Shown: positions 1-8,530 of the stretch, piece after piece
How the letters are laid out: each line of letters starts with the position of its first letter
Position numbering within the stretch: position 1 is the first letter of the stretch
Virus record (IMG/VR): IMGVR_UViG_3300044568_000721
Location: 1-56,351 of that record
Length of the DNA stretch: 56,351 nt
Direction: 5' to 3' (one strand)
Source: a virus
Lineage: Duplodnaviria; Caudoviricetes
Notes under the pieces: generated by a model
What the model saw: only the letters and a program-made list of their open reading frames with translations
The model's database searches: none
Told to the model about the DNA's origin: nothing
Made by a program: the position numbers and the translations under genes

Positions 1-19
1 AGATTTAACAAATATCTAA
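1..19 (+). CDS. 3' end of an upstream gene (...DLTNI*), possibly the major capsid protein
   Basis: Frame 2 reads GAT TTA ACA AAT ATC TAA just before a strong terminator. The identity is a guess from position upstream of the neck and tail genes. Confidence 0.25.
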
Positions 20-47
20 TCTGAAGTAATTCTTAGATAATAAAATT

Positions 48-75
48 GGGGGAGAAGAAATTCTCTCCCTTTTTT
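48..75 (+). terminator. Rho-independent terminator
   Basis: GGGGGAGAA-GAAA-TTCTCTCCC 9-bp stem (one G:U pair) with a GAAA loop, followed by a T run. Confidence 0.85.
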
Positions 76-112
76 ATGTCTTTTTTTATTTTTACCCCTT
101 TCCAACATTTTA

Positions 113-121
113 ATATTTATA
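113..121 (+). promoter_or_regulatory. ATATTTATA intergenic motif (putative late promoter)
   Basis: 22 nt before ATG 144; the same motif recurs in most long intergenic gaps. Confidence 0.6.
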
Positions 122-143
122 AGAGTATTAAACCGAATTACTT

Positions 144-524
144 ATGGCAGCAGGAAAATACTCTTTTATAATAGAGCAAGGAGCAACAACAAATTTTCAA
201 ATCAATTGGAACGATGAATCAGGTTCAGCAGTTGATTTGAGTGGTTATCATGCTAGAATGCAAATCAGACCGGGTGTTGAATCATCTGATGTCTTTCTTT
301 CACTATCATCATCTTTAAAGTCCGATAATACGGGAATCAATTTAAGTGGTTCTAATTTTATAACTCCATTGGCAAGTGGTTCAATAGGAATATACATATC
401 TGCAGCATCTTCATCCGCATTAAATTTCGGTGAAGCATTTTACGATTTAGAATTGGTAAAAGGTAATGAGGTTACCCGTTTATTAGAAGGTAAAGTTAAG
501 TTATCTAAAAACGTAACACGATAG
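144..524 (+). CDS. Small beta-rich virion protein (Ig-like adaptor type)
   Basis: 126 aa; the I-E-Q-G-A-T...DLSGY.ARMQIR...YDLEL...TRLLEG pattern is common in phage structural modules. Confidence 0.6.
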   Translation: MAAGKYSFIIEQGATTNFQINWNDESGSAVDLSGYHARMQIRPGVESSDVFLSLSSSLKSDNTGINLSGSNFITPLASGSIGIYISAASSSALNFGEAFYDLELVKGNEVTRLLEGKVKLSKNVTR

Positions 525-525
525 G

Positions 526-3500
526 ATGTCAATACAAATAGAAAAAAATATTACAACTGTCCAAGTTGAAATACCAAAAACAAATGTTGCAATTGAAACT
601 GCGATAACGGAAATAACTGTCCAAACTTCACAACCGGAAATAATAATAGCAACGGCAGGAGTTCAAGGACCGGTAGGGCCAAGAGGTTTTGATACTGGTA
701 CTTCGGGAACATCTGGAACAAGCGGAGTAACCGGCACATCGGGAACTTCTGGAATAGGAAGTAATGGTACATCGGGTACATCCGGTTCAAACGGTATAAC
801 TGGAGCAGGTGGTACGGCTGGTTCATCTGGAACATCAGGTTTAAATGGTACATTCTTTGGAAGTAGTGGAACATCTGGAGTAAGTGGAAGTGGTGGCACA
901 AGTGGTACATCAGGAACTTCTGGAGTAAGTGGAAGTAGTGGGACTAGTGGTATAAGTGGTAGTGATGGTACAAGCGGCACATCTGGAACAAGTGGCACTT
1001 CGGGAACGTCTGGAGTAAGTGGAAGTGGTGGCACAAGTGGTACATCAGGAACTTCTGGTGTTAGTGGAGAAACTGGTAGTAGTGGTACATCAGGAACATC
1101 TGGAACTTCCGGATTAACAGGAGATAGTTTATTTGCACTAACTGGTTCTAAATGGGCAACAACAAATACAATAGAGATTACGGGTTCATTAACAGTATCA
1201 TCATCGGGTACTTTCACAAATATCGGACCTGCAAATTTTATAGGAAATCAAACAACAACTGGTTCATTAAATGTAACTGATTCGGTAAATATTAACTCTC
1301 CAGAACCAAAACCATTATCAATAGGAGATAGTTTTGGGGGTGGGAAGTTGGCATATATACTAACACCTACCGATGCTGGGTACGATTCAACTTTAATTAA
1401 AGGTATTGTAGCAGCAACCGCTGATGAAGCAACAACTCAAACTTGGACTAACGCTATAACAGCATCTAACAATAAAGTTGAAAATGGATATGATGATTGG
1501 TATCTTCCTAGTAAAGATGAATTAAATAAATTATATCTAAATAAAGATGCAATTGGTGGTTTTGTGAACGCCACATATTGGAGTTCTACACAGTCCAGTT
1601 CCACATTAGCATGGTTTCAGATTTTCTCAACTGGTACTCAAACCGTCTCTACTAAGACATTCGCACTTAATTTTCGTGCAATTAGGGCTTTTTCAATACC
1701 AAAGAATGCATTAAACGTAATTGGTAATACAACAATAACTGGTTCATTAAATGTAAGTGGTTCGACAACTATAACTGGTTCATTAAACGTAAGTGGTACT
1801 TTAAGTATTGGTGGAGATTTAAGTACTCAAAGTTCCGAAACCATAGCAAACACTTTAGAAGATGGTGGTGTATTTGTAAATAAACAAACCAATGCGTTTC
1901 AATATTCTGCTTATACTGGAGCACCGCAACTTACTTTAGATATAGAATACCAAAAGCCACTAACCAGGGAAATTGGTATTAATACATTAGCAATAGGATT
2001 TGCAGATTTAACGGTACAGACAACGGCATTCGTTCCAACAACATACGCAACAACCGGTTCAAATCAATTTAATGGTAATCAAACTATAACAGGTTCTCTT
2101 ATTCACGGATTAGAGGGAAATCTAGCAACCGGAGACCAATCACATGCTGAAGGAAGTGTTACTAAAGCAATAGGAAACTACTCACATGCCGAAGGAGATT
2201 TTACACAAGCAAAAGGAGATTACTCACATGCTGAAGGACAAGAAACAATAGCATCGGGCTCATATTCACATGCAGAAGGTTATCAAACAATAGCATTGGG
2301 TCAAAGACAACACGTAACAGGTCAATATAATTTTGTATCACCCGTACAATCCGCTTTTATTGTAGGTAATGGAATTGATGGTGGTAATAGAAGTAATCTT
2401 ATATACGCTGCAGAAAATGCAGTGGAGATAACTGGTTCATTAAATGTAAATGGTAGTATAAGTGCATCGGTTAAAGTAGATACTCCTAATATTAATCTTA
2501 AAGGTGGAAACATTTCATTTGATACAAATGGGGCAGGTATTTTACATACTGGACAATTTAACATAACAACTGTATTTGAAGATAATGAGTTAGCAAAAAC
2601 ATGGACGTTTAATCAATATGGAACGCTAACAACTCCAGGTGATATAGTTGTAACTGGTTCATTAAATGTAAGTTCATCCTTTACCGCATCTTTAAGAGAA
2701 GGATATGTTTGGGTTGGTGATAATACTGGAAAAAGCACATTACAAATAGCAACATCTTCATTTGGTGTAGGTGGAGGAGCTGGTACATCAGGAACATCTG
2801 GCGTAAGTGGAACTTCGGGTACAAGCGGTATCAATGGTGTATCAACTAATTTATTCTTATACGAAGCTGATGCAAATTCTTTTACAGGTGCACCTTCAAG
2901 TGGGCATATTCTTTGGAATAATGCAACACAGATAAGTGCTACCCAAATAAACATAAATCACTTAACAGATACCCCGATAACAGATATTGATATATTTATA
3001 TCTTTATGGCAAACAGGGCAAAAATTAACAATACAAGACAGAAACGATTCAGCTAACTATCAAATATGGACAATTAGCGCTACCCCTACTTATGTCCCTA
3101 CAACTTATTGGACTATACCTGTTACATTGGTATCATCAGCAGGAACGGGAACGACAGGGTTTGCTAATAACCATAAAATATTTGTAGCTACATCTACTGT
3201 AAGCGGAACTTCTGGCACATCAGGAACTTCTGGTGATATAACATTATTTAACGCATTTACTGGTTCAATAAATACTTACACATCTTCAAACGATTTAGTA
3301 AGAAATAGAATCTTACAAACAACCGCATCTTTAAATACATATACTGGTTCTAATGATAATATTGTACAAAGATTAATGCAAGCAACTGCTTCTATTAATA
3401 TTACAACAGGTTCTTTATTAAGAATATATCAAACAACCGCATCATTGAATACTTACACTGGTTCTAATGATAGTGTGATAGCAAGAATATTACAAGCAAC

Positions 3501-4308
3501 GGCGTCTTTAAACTCAAAGACAGGCTCATTCGCAACAACTGGGTCTAATCAATTTAATGGTAATCAAACAATTACAGGTTCATTATTTGTAACATCTACT
3601 ACTATAAGTGATTCAATTTTATTAGCAACTGGTTCAAACTTAATATTGAATAGTGGTAGTAATTTATATATTAATAATGGTGGGTTTGCTGATATTAGTG
3701 GTTCTTTAAGATTAACCGGTTCATTGAATGTAGGATTTTCAACAGGTACTTCCGAATTCCAAGTATTAAGTACTGGAGTAAATATTGGTAACATTTCAAC
3801 GGATAGACATTTAATAACCGGTTCATTAATTGTATCAGCATCAACAAATTTAACGGGTTCGGTAACTATAAACGAAAGTAGAATTGATAACGCTTGGACT
3901 TCATATACACCAACATGGGAAGCTGCTACACCTCCTGCAATTGGTAATGGAACTATAACTGGAGCATATAAGGTAATTGGTAAGACTTGTTTTGTAAGAG
4001 GAAGCATTACTATGGGTTCAACTACTACATACGGAAGTGGTGATTGGAAAATTGGATTACCGGTAGCAGCAATAAATGCATACGCAATACAAATACCCGC
4101 ATCTTTGCTTGATGGCTCTGGTGGTACTGGTTGGTATAATGCATTAATGAATGGCGCTGTTGCACTTAATACAATATCCTCGCAAATTCTAGCTAATCTT
4201 CCGCCATCTTTTGGTGGAAGTACTGCAGGTGGTATATCATCAATTTTCCCATTTACTTGGGGGAGTGGTGATGCGTTATATTTTAACGGAAGTTACGAAA
4301 TAGCATAA
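526..4308 (+). CDS. Mosaic fibre protein: short collagen plus GTS tract, DUF1566/CLec-like domain, SHAEG beta-roll repeats, coiled coil, C-terminal tip domain
   Basis: 1260 aa; GVQGPVGPRG then (GTS)n; YDDWYLPSKDELNKLY...YWSST...RAIRAF; four 14-aa SHAEG repeats; TASLNTYTGS repeats. Confidence 0.75.
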   Translation: MSIQIEKNITTVQVEIPKTNVAIETAITEITVQTSQPEIIIATAGVQGPVGPRGFDTGTSGTSGTSGVTGTSGTSGIGSNGTSGTSGSNGITGAGGTAGSSGTSGLNGTFFGSSGTSGVSGSGGTSGTSGTSGVSGSSGTSGISGSDGTSGTSGTSGTSGTSGVSGSGGTSGTSGTSGVSGETGSSGTSGTSGTSGLTGDSLFALTGSKWATTNTIEITGSLTVSSSGTFTNIGPANFIGNQTTTGSLNVTDSVNINSPEPKPLSIGDSFGGGKLAYILTPTDAGYDSTLIKGIVAATADEATTQTWTNAITASNNKVENGYDDWYLPSKDELNKLYLNKDAIGGFVNATYWSSTQSSSTLAWFQIFSTGTQTVSTKTFALNFRAIRAFSIPKNALNVIGNTTITGSLNVSGSTTITGSLNVSGTLSIGGDLSTQSSETIANTLEDGGVFVNKQTNAFQYSAYTGAPQLTLDIEYQKPLTREIGINTLAIGFADLTVQTTAFVPTTYATTGSNQFNGNQTITGSLIHGLEGNLATGDQSHAEGSVTKAIGNYSHAEGDFTQAKGDYSHAEGQETIASGSYSHAEGYQTIALGQRQHVTGQYNFVSPVQSAFIVGNGIDGGNRSNLIYAAENAVEITGSLNVNGSISASVKVDTPNINLKGGNISFDTNGAGILHTGQFNITTVFEDNELAKTWTFNQYGTLTTPGDIVVTGSLNVSSSFTASLREGYVWVGDNTGKSTLQIATSSFGVGGGAGTSGTSGVSGTSGTSGINGVSTNLFLYEADANSFTGAPSSGHILWNNATQISATQININHLTDTPITDIDIFISLWQTGQKLTIQDRNDSANYQIWTISATPTYVPTTYWTIPVTLVSSAGTGTTGFANNHKIFVATSTVSGTSGTSGTSGDITLFNAFTGSINTYTSSNDLVRNRILQTTASLNTYTGSNDNIVQRLMQATASINITTGSLLRIYQTTASLNTYTGSNDSVIARILQATASLNSKTGSFATTGSNQFNGNQTITGSLFVTSTTISDSILLATGSNLILNSGSNLYINNGGFADISGSLRLTGSLNVGFSTGTSEFQVLSTGVNIGNISTDRHLITGSLIVSASTNLTGSVTINESRIDNAWTSYTPTWEAATPPAIGNGTITGAYKVIGKTCFVRGSITMGSTTTYGSGDWKIGLPVAAINAYAIQIPASLLDGSGGTGWYNALMNGAVALNTISSQILANLPPSFGGSTAGGISSIFPFTWGSGDALYFNGSYEIA
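697..1122 (+). repeat. Gly-X-Y (mostly Gly-Thr-Ser) triplet tract, about 140 aa
   Basis: Direct translation; 9-nt degenerate DNA period. Confidence 0.9.
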
Positions 4309-4309
4309 T

Positions 4310-5032
4310 ATGAGTATTACATTTGAGAACGGATTTTCTATAACACAAAGAACTACTTTAGTTAGAAGTGGATTAGTATTTAATTTATTTACCGCACCCT
4401 CATCTGGAACAACTTGGATAGATGAAAGTGGAAATGGATATAACGCAATAATATCAGGTTCAGCAACTTATGTATCTAATAATGGTGGTGGAATAAAATT
4501 AAATAACACTTTGCAAAGTGTCGGCGTGGATTTTATTAGTGTTCCATATAATATAGCTAGTACAACTACAACGGTTGAAATTGTAGCATCATTCAATCCA
4601 ACTGGATATTGGGCAACTATTTGGGGTAATGAGGCATATAGTTTTAGTAGAGGATATTTTGCATATATGCCAAATTCAACTACTATAACTTGGGGCTCAC
4701 CAACTAGCAATACTGTAAACAGTACAATAACAGCGAGTAATGCTATAAGACACTGGATATTTGTTATTAATGGAACAAGTAAAAGTTTATATTTAAACGG
4801 TACTCAATTAGGTACTACCCAAACATCTACTAACCCAAGTTCATACGCTACAAGTGAATTTTATTTTGGAGCGAGACATACAAATGGAGGAACAGGCCAC
4901 ATAGATAGAATGAATAGTTCAATTACGGCAAATCAACCTGTGTTTTACCAAATGAGAGTTTACAATAGAGCATTATCGGCAGCTGAAATTACACAAAACT
5001 TTAATGTGGTTAGGGGAACTTACGGATTATAG
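4310..5032 (+). CDS. LamG/concanavalin A-like lectin-domain virion protein
   Basis: 240 aa; SGTTWIDESGNGYNA at the start, HWIFV...LYLNG, and C-terminal RVYNRALSAAEITQNF. Confidence 0.8.
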   Translation: MSITFENGFSITQRTTLVRSGLVFNLFTAPSSGTTWIDESGNGYNAIISGSATYVSNNGGGIKLNNTLQSVGVDFISVPYNIASTTTTVEIVASFNPTGYWATIWGNEAYSFSRGYFAYMPNSTTITWGSPTSNTVNSTITASNAIRHWIFVINGTSKSLYLNGTQLGTTQTSTNPSSYATSEFYFGARHTNGGTGHIDRMNSSITANQPVFYQMRVYNRALSAAEITQNFNVVRGTYGL

Positions 5033-5063
5033 TCTCCACCAAACACTATTCTTTTGATTCTTA

Positions 5064-5072
5064 ATATTTATA
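5064..5072 (+). promoter_or_regulatory. ATATTTATA intergenic motif (putative late promoter)
   Basis: 27 nt upstream of ATG 5100. Confidence 0.6.
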
Positions 5073-5099
5073 GGTAACGATTAAAAAAAGTACTTATAA

Positions 5100-6263
5100 A
5101 TGGCACAAGAATTAATATATCCGGGTTCATCTTCATTCTTTCCGGGACAAACTCCCTTTGGAATCTACGATGATGATTATGTGTTTCAAGAAGATGCACC
5201 TAAAATGGCACTTTGGTGTGCTAGAAGATTGGGTTTCCCTATTCAAAACGTAGAATTGCAGGATGAAAACTTCTATGCATGTTTTGAGGAAGCAGTTTCC
5301 GAATACTCTGCACAAGTTAATCAATTCAATATTCGTAATGACCTGTATTCTCTTAAAGGTAGAGATACTGGTACTAACTATTCTGGAAAATTGGTTGAAG
5401 GTAGTATATTACCACATTTAGTACAAATTTCTGATGCATATGGTACTTTAGTAGGAGTTGGTGGAAATACTGAAATTAAGAAAACAAAAATACAATTAAC
5501 CGCAGGCCAGCAAGAGTATAATTTAGATACATTAATATCTGCTGTAAGTGAGAGTGGTAATCGTATTGATGTTAGTAGAGTTTATTTTGAAGCAACTCCG
5601 GCAATTAATAGATTCTTTGACCCGTATTCAGTAAGTGGACAAGGTACATTAAATCTAATTGATGAGTTTGGATTTGGTTCATATTCACCAGCAGCACAAT
5701 TTGTATTGATGCCTGTATTTGAAGATTTACTTAGAATACAAGCTATTGAATTTAATGACCAGATAAGAAAATCTGCACATTCATTTAATATTATAGATAA
5801 TAAACTTACTATATTCCCAAGACCAACAAGTACAACAATAACAACTCATCCAAATCTTTATATTGAATATTTTGTAAGAAGGGATTTTGTAACAAATTCT
5901 ACATCGGTAAAATCAAATGTAGTTTCTGATTTTTCAAACGCAGGATATGATTTTATTCAATATACTACTATAAACGATGTGGGTAAACAATGGATTAGAA
6001 AATATACTCTTGCTTTAGTAAAAGAATTATTGGGAGCTATTAGAGAAAAATATTCAACTATTCCAATTCCGGGTTCTGAAATTAGTTTAGATGGGGCAGC
6101 ATTGAGAAGTGAAGCACAAACTGAAAAGGAAGCACTAATGACTCAATTAAGAGAAACATTGGAAGAACTAAGTAGAAAGGTTCAGTTTGAAAACAAATCT
6201 AACGAAGCTAGACAGCAACAAGAAATGTTACAAAAAGTGCCTTTGGCAATTTATATCGGATAA
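5100..6263 (+). CDS. Neck protein / head-tail adaptor (T4 gp13-like)
   Basis: 387 aa; RRLGFP...VEL near the N-terminus and WIRKYTLALVKELLGAIREKY...IP...LDG..L..EA near the C-terminus; first of a neck gene trio. Confidence 0.75.
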   Translation: MAQELIYPGSSSFFPGQTPFGIYDDDYVFQEDAPKMALWCARRLGFPIQNVELQDENFYACFEEAVSEYSAQVNQFNIRNDLYSLKGRDTGTNYSGKLVEGSILPHLVQISDAYGTLVGVGGNTEIKKTKIQLTAGQQEYNLDTLISAVSESGNRIDVSRVYFEATPAINRFFDPYSVSGQGTLNLIDEFGFGSYSPAAQFVLMPVFEDLLRIQAIEFNDQIRKSAHSFNIIDNKLTIFPRPTSTTITTHPNLYIEYFVRRDFVTNSTSVKSNVVSDFSNAGYDFIQYTTINDVGKQWIRKYTLALVKELLGAIREKYSTIPIPGSEISLDGAALRSEAQTEKEALMTQLRETLEELSRKVQFENKSNEARQQQEMLQKVPLAIYIG

Positions 6264-6265
6264 TT

Positions 6266-6727
6266 ATGGCAAGATTTGCATTAGGTAGAGATATAAGATT
6301 CTTCGAAGGAATCTCTAGAGAATTAGTAGATGCAGTGGTAACAACCGCTGTTATACTTTACAAGCTTATTATTGAAGATAGTAAAACTAATCTTTATGGT
6401 GAATCTCTTTCTAAAACTTATTTTCAAGGTGTAGAATGTAACGCTATAATTCAAAGAGATGATACTGCAGCTAATTACGAAGGATTTGGACCTGATTCAT
6501 CTCAAACTGTACAATTCCGTTTTAATAGATTTACATTAGCTGAAACAGGATTTTATCCTGAAGTTGGTGATATTATATTTCACAACGATGCTTATTTTGA
6601 AATTGATAATGTAACTGAAGATTTTTTAATTGGTGGCAGGACTGGAGAGGAAGAACATTTCTCACTTATATGTTCAACATTTATGACTAGACGTAGTTCT
6701 ATACAAACTGAAATGAGAATAGTATAA
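6266..6727 (+). CDS. Head closure / neck protein (T4 gp14-like)
   Basis: 153 aa; NLYGES..K and PEVGDIIF...YFEI motifs; lies between the gp13-like and gp15-like genes. Confidence 0.65.
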   Translation: MARFALGRDIRFFEGISRELVDAVVTTAVILYKLIIEDSKTNLYGESLSKTYFQGVECNAIIQRDDTAANYEGFGPDSSQTVQFRFNRFTLAETGFYPEVGDIIFHNDAYFEIDNVTEDFLIGGRTGEEEHFSLICSTFMTRRSSIQTEMRIV

Positions 6728-7788
6728 TGGAAAGAAAAGATACAAATAGAGCAAAGCAATTACCAATAGATAAAAAATATCAAAAGGGTGTAAACTTAAT
6801 TGATATTGATACAACTATTGCTGAATACATGTCATCTGTAATTGTACCTGATGTTGAGGAGAATGGTAAAAAGGTAAAAGTTCCTTTAGTATATGGTAAT
6901 GCCGAAAGATGGAAAAATGCTAGAAAGGATGGATATCTTAAAGATGTTAGAGGTAAAATACAAATACCTATGGTAATGTTTAAAAGAAATTCAATACAAA
7001 GAGATGAATCTTTACAACATTTTAAAGATGCGGCAATAATGCCATCATACCAACAATATTCAGCAAAAAATAGATACGAAAGATTTAGTTTACAAAATAA
7101 TGTAAAACCTGTAATGGAATTATATAATATAAGAGTTCCTGATTATGTAACTGTAACATACGAAGTAATGATTTGGACATCCTTTACAGAACATATGAAT
7201 CATATTGTAGAAGCATTTCAATTTGCTACTGATAGATATTGGGGAAGTGAAGAAAAATATAAATTTAGAACCCGAATAGATTCGTTTGATAATCAACAAG
7301 AAGTTGGTGCTGGTTCTGAAAGAATAATTCGTACTACATTTACTATGAATGTAAACGCTTATTTATTGCCTGAGAAATTTAATGAGCTTCCTATTGTTAA
7401 AAAAGAGAACTCAAAAAAGAGAGTTGTATTTGGTGTTGAAACCGATTTGACTGGAAACTTATTTAATCAACCATCATTGTATAATGAATACGCTCAGGTT
7501 ATTGATTTTGTGGCTGTTAGAGGCTCTCAAATGGCTGAGTTTGTAAATACTACCACCGCTAAATTGACGGGTGTTAAGAAACCTATATTACCATCTGAAT
7601 TGGTTGGTACTTTTGATATTGTAAATTGGTTTAGAATTTATATAAATGGTGATTTTATTTCACCATCATTATATACATACACATACAATGGTGTAACTAA
7701 TGAAATAACATTTACATTTACTGGATTAGGATTTCCTTTAGAAAATGTAGATGAGATAGCTGTAACTGGTAAATTTCAAGAGATATGA
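6727..7788 (+). CDS. Tail terminator / sheath stabiliser (T4 gp15-like) with an extra C-terminal beta domain
   Basis: 353 aa; KVPLVYGNAERW, IQIPM, VPDYVTVTYEVMIWT...MNHIVE motifs; gene order. Confidence 0.7.
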   Translation: MERKDTNRAKQLPIDKKYQKGVNLIDIDTTIAEYMSSVIVPDVEENGKKVKVPLVYGNAERWKNARKDGYLKDVRGKIQIPMVMFKRNSIQRDESLQHFKDAAIMPSYQQYSAKNRYERFSLQNNVKPVMELYNIRVPDYVTVTYEVMIWTSFTEHMNHIVEAFQFATDRYWGSEEKYKFRTRIDSFDNQQEVGAGSERIIRTTFTMNVNAYLLPEKFNELPIVKKENSKKRVVFGVETDLTGNLFNQPSLYNEYAQVIDFVAVRGSQMAEFVNTTTAKLTGVKKPILPSELVGTFDIVNWFRIYINGDFISPSLYTYTYNGVTNEITFTFTGLGFPLENVDEIAVTGKFQEI

Positions 7789-8150
7789 ATGTAACTCAGC
7801 TTAAAAATATAATGAAAGAAGTTAATGAACCAAATGAGTTTGAGTTATTTGCTTACGATTTGGTACATCCTTACTTTTGGATTTTTAAAGTAGATAATGT
7901 TAGAATAAAAACTTTATTTACTAAATTAGAAGAATTTAGAAGACCATCTGCAAGATTTGATGTTTTTATAAATGGATTATTTATATCAGAGAATGATTAT
8001 TATTTTGAAAATAAAGGTAATGATTTTTATATCAATTTTATAAAAGCTAAATTTCCTGAATTAGATAGATTTGGTAATCCATACTCAATTGATGAAACTG
8101 ATGAAGTTAAAATAAACGGTGACGTTGAAAAATTTACAAAAAATGGGTAG
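7785..8150 (+). CDS. Hypothetical virion protein, paralogous to the C-terminal domain of the gp15-like protein
   Basis: 121 aa; FDVFINGLFI...IDETDEVKING; 4-nt ATGA overlap with the upstream gene. Confidence 0.6.
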   Translation: MNVTQLKNIMKEVNEPNEFELFAYDLVHPYFWIFKVDNVRIKTLFTKLEEFRRPSARFDVFINGLFISENDYYFENKGNDFYINFIKAKFPELDRFGNPYSIDETDEVKINGDVEKFTKNG

Positions 8151-8526
8151 AACTGTACCAAATATAGATATAAACTCAACTCAAAAATTAAGAGATAGAG
8201 TTGGATTTAAAGACTTTGTATTACAAGTAGCAACGGATACATTTATATATTCGTATAATCCAAATACTATACAAGTAGTAGATGGAATTTATTTTACACT
8301 AACTTTGCAAAATAAAAGATTTATTTTTGATATTTTAGAGTTGGATAATGTTAAGGATTATATTGATGTATATTTATTTGGAGTAAAGCAACCACAAGAT
8401 AGATACACAGCTTTAGTTGATGGTAATAACATAGTTGTTACTTTTGTGGCAGATATTACTAGATTACCAAATGAAGTAAAAACAACTGATTTTGAAATAA
8501 AAGGAAAAATAGCAGAAATAGTATAA
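8143..8526 (+). CDS. Hypothetical virion protein, third paralogue of the same small beta domain
   Basis: The ORF track starts at GTG 8119; ATG 8143 after an A run is the likelier start. IDVYLFGVKQ...DFEIKGK. Confidence 0.6.
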   Translation: MGRTVPNIDINSTQKLRDRVGFKDFVLQVATDTFIYSYNPNTIQVVDGIYFTLTLQNKRFIFDILELDNVKDYIDVYLFGVKQPQDRYTALVDGNNIVVTFVADITRLPNEVKTTDFEIKGKIAEIV

Positions 8527-8530
8527 AATA

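Noticed and set aside
13-39. TATCTAA/TTAGATA 7-bp inverted repeat (similar GTAATTA/TAATTAC at 43851-43877)
   Set aside because: Short AT-rich stems are expected by chance at this base composition.
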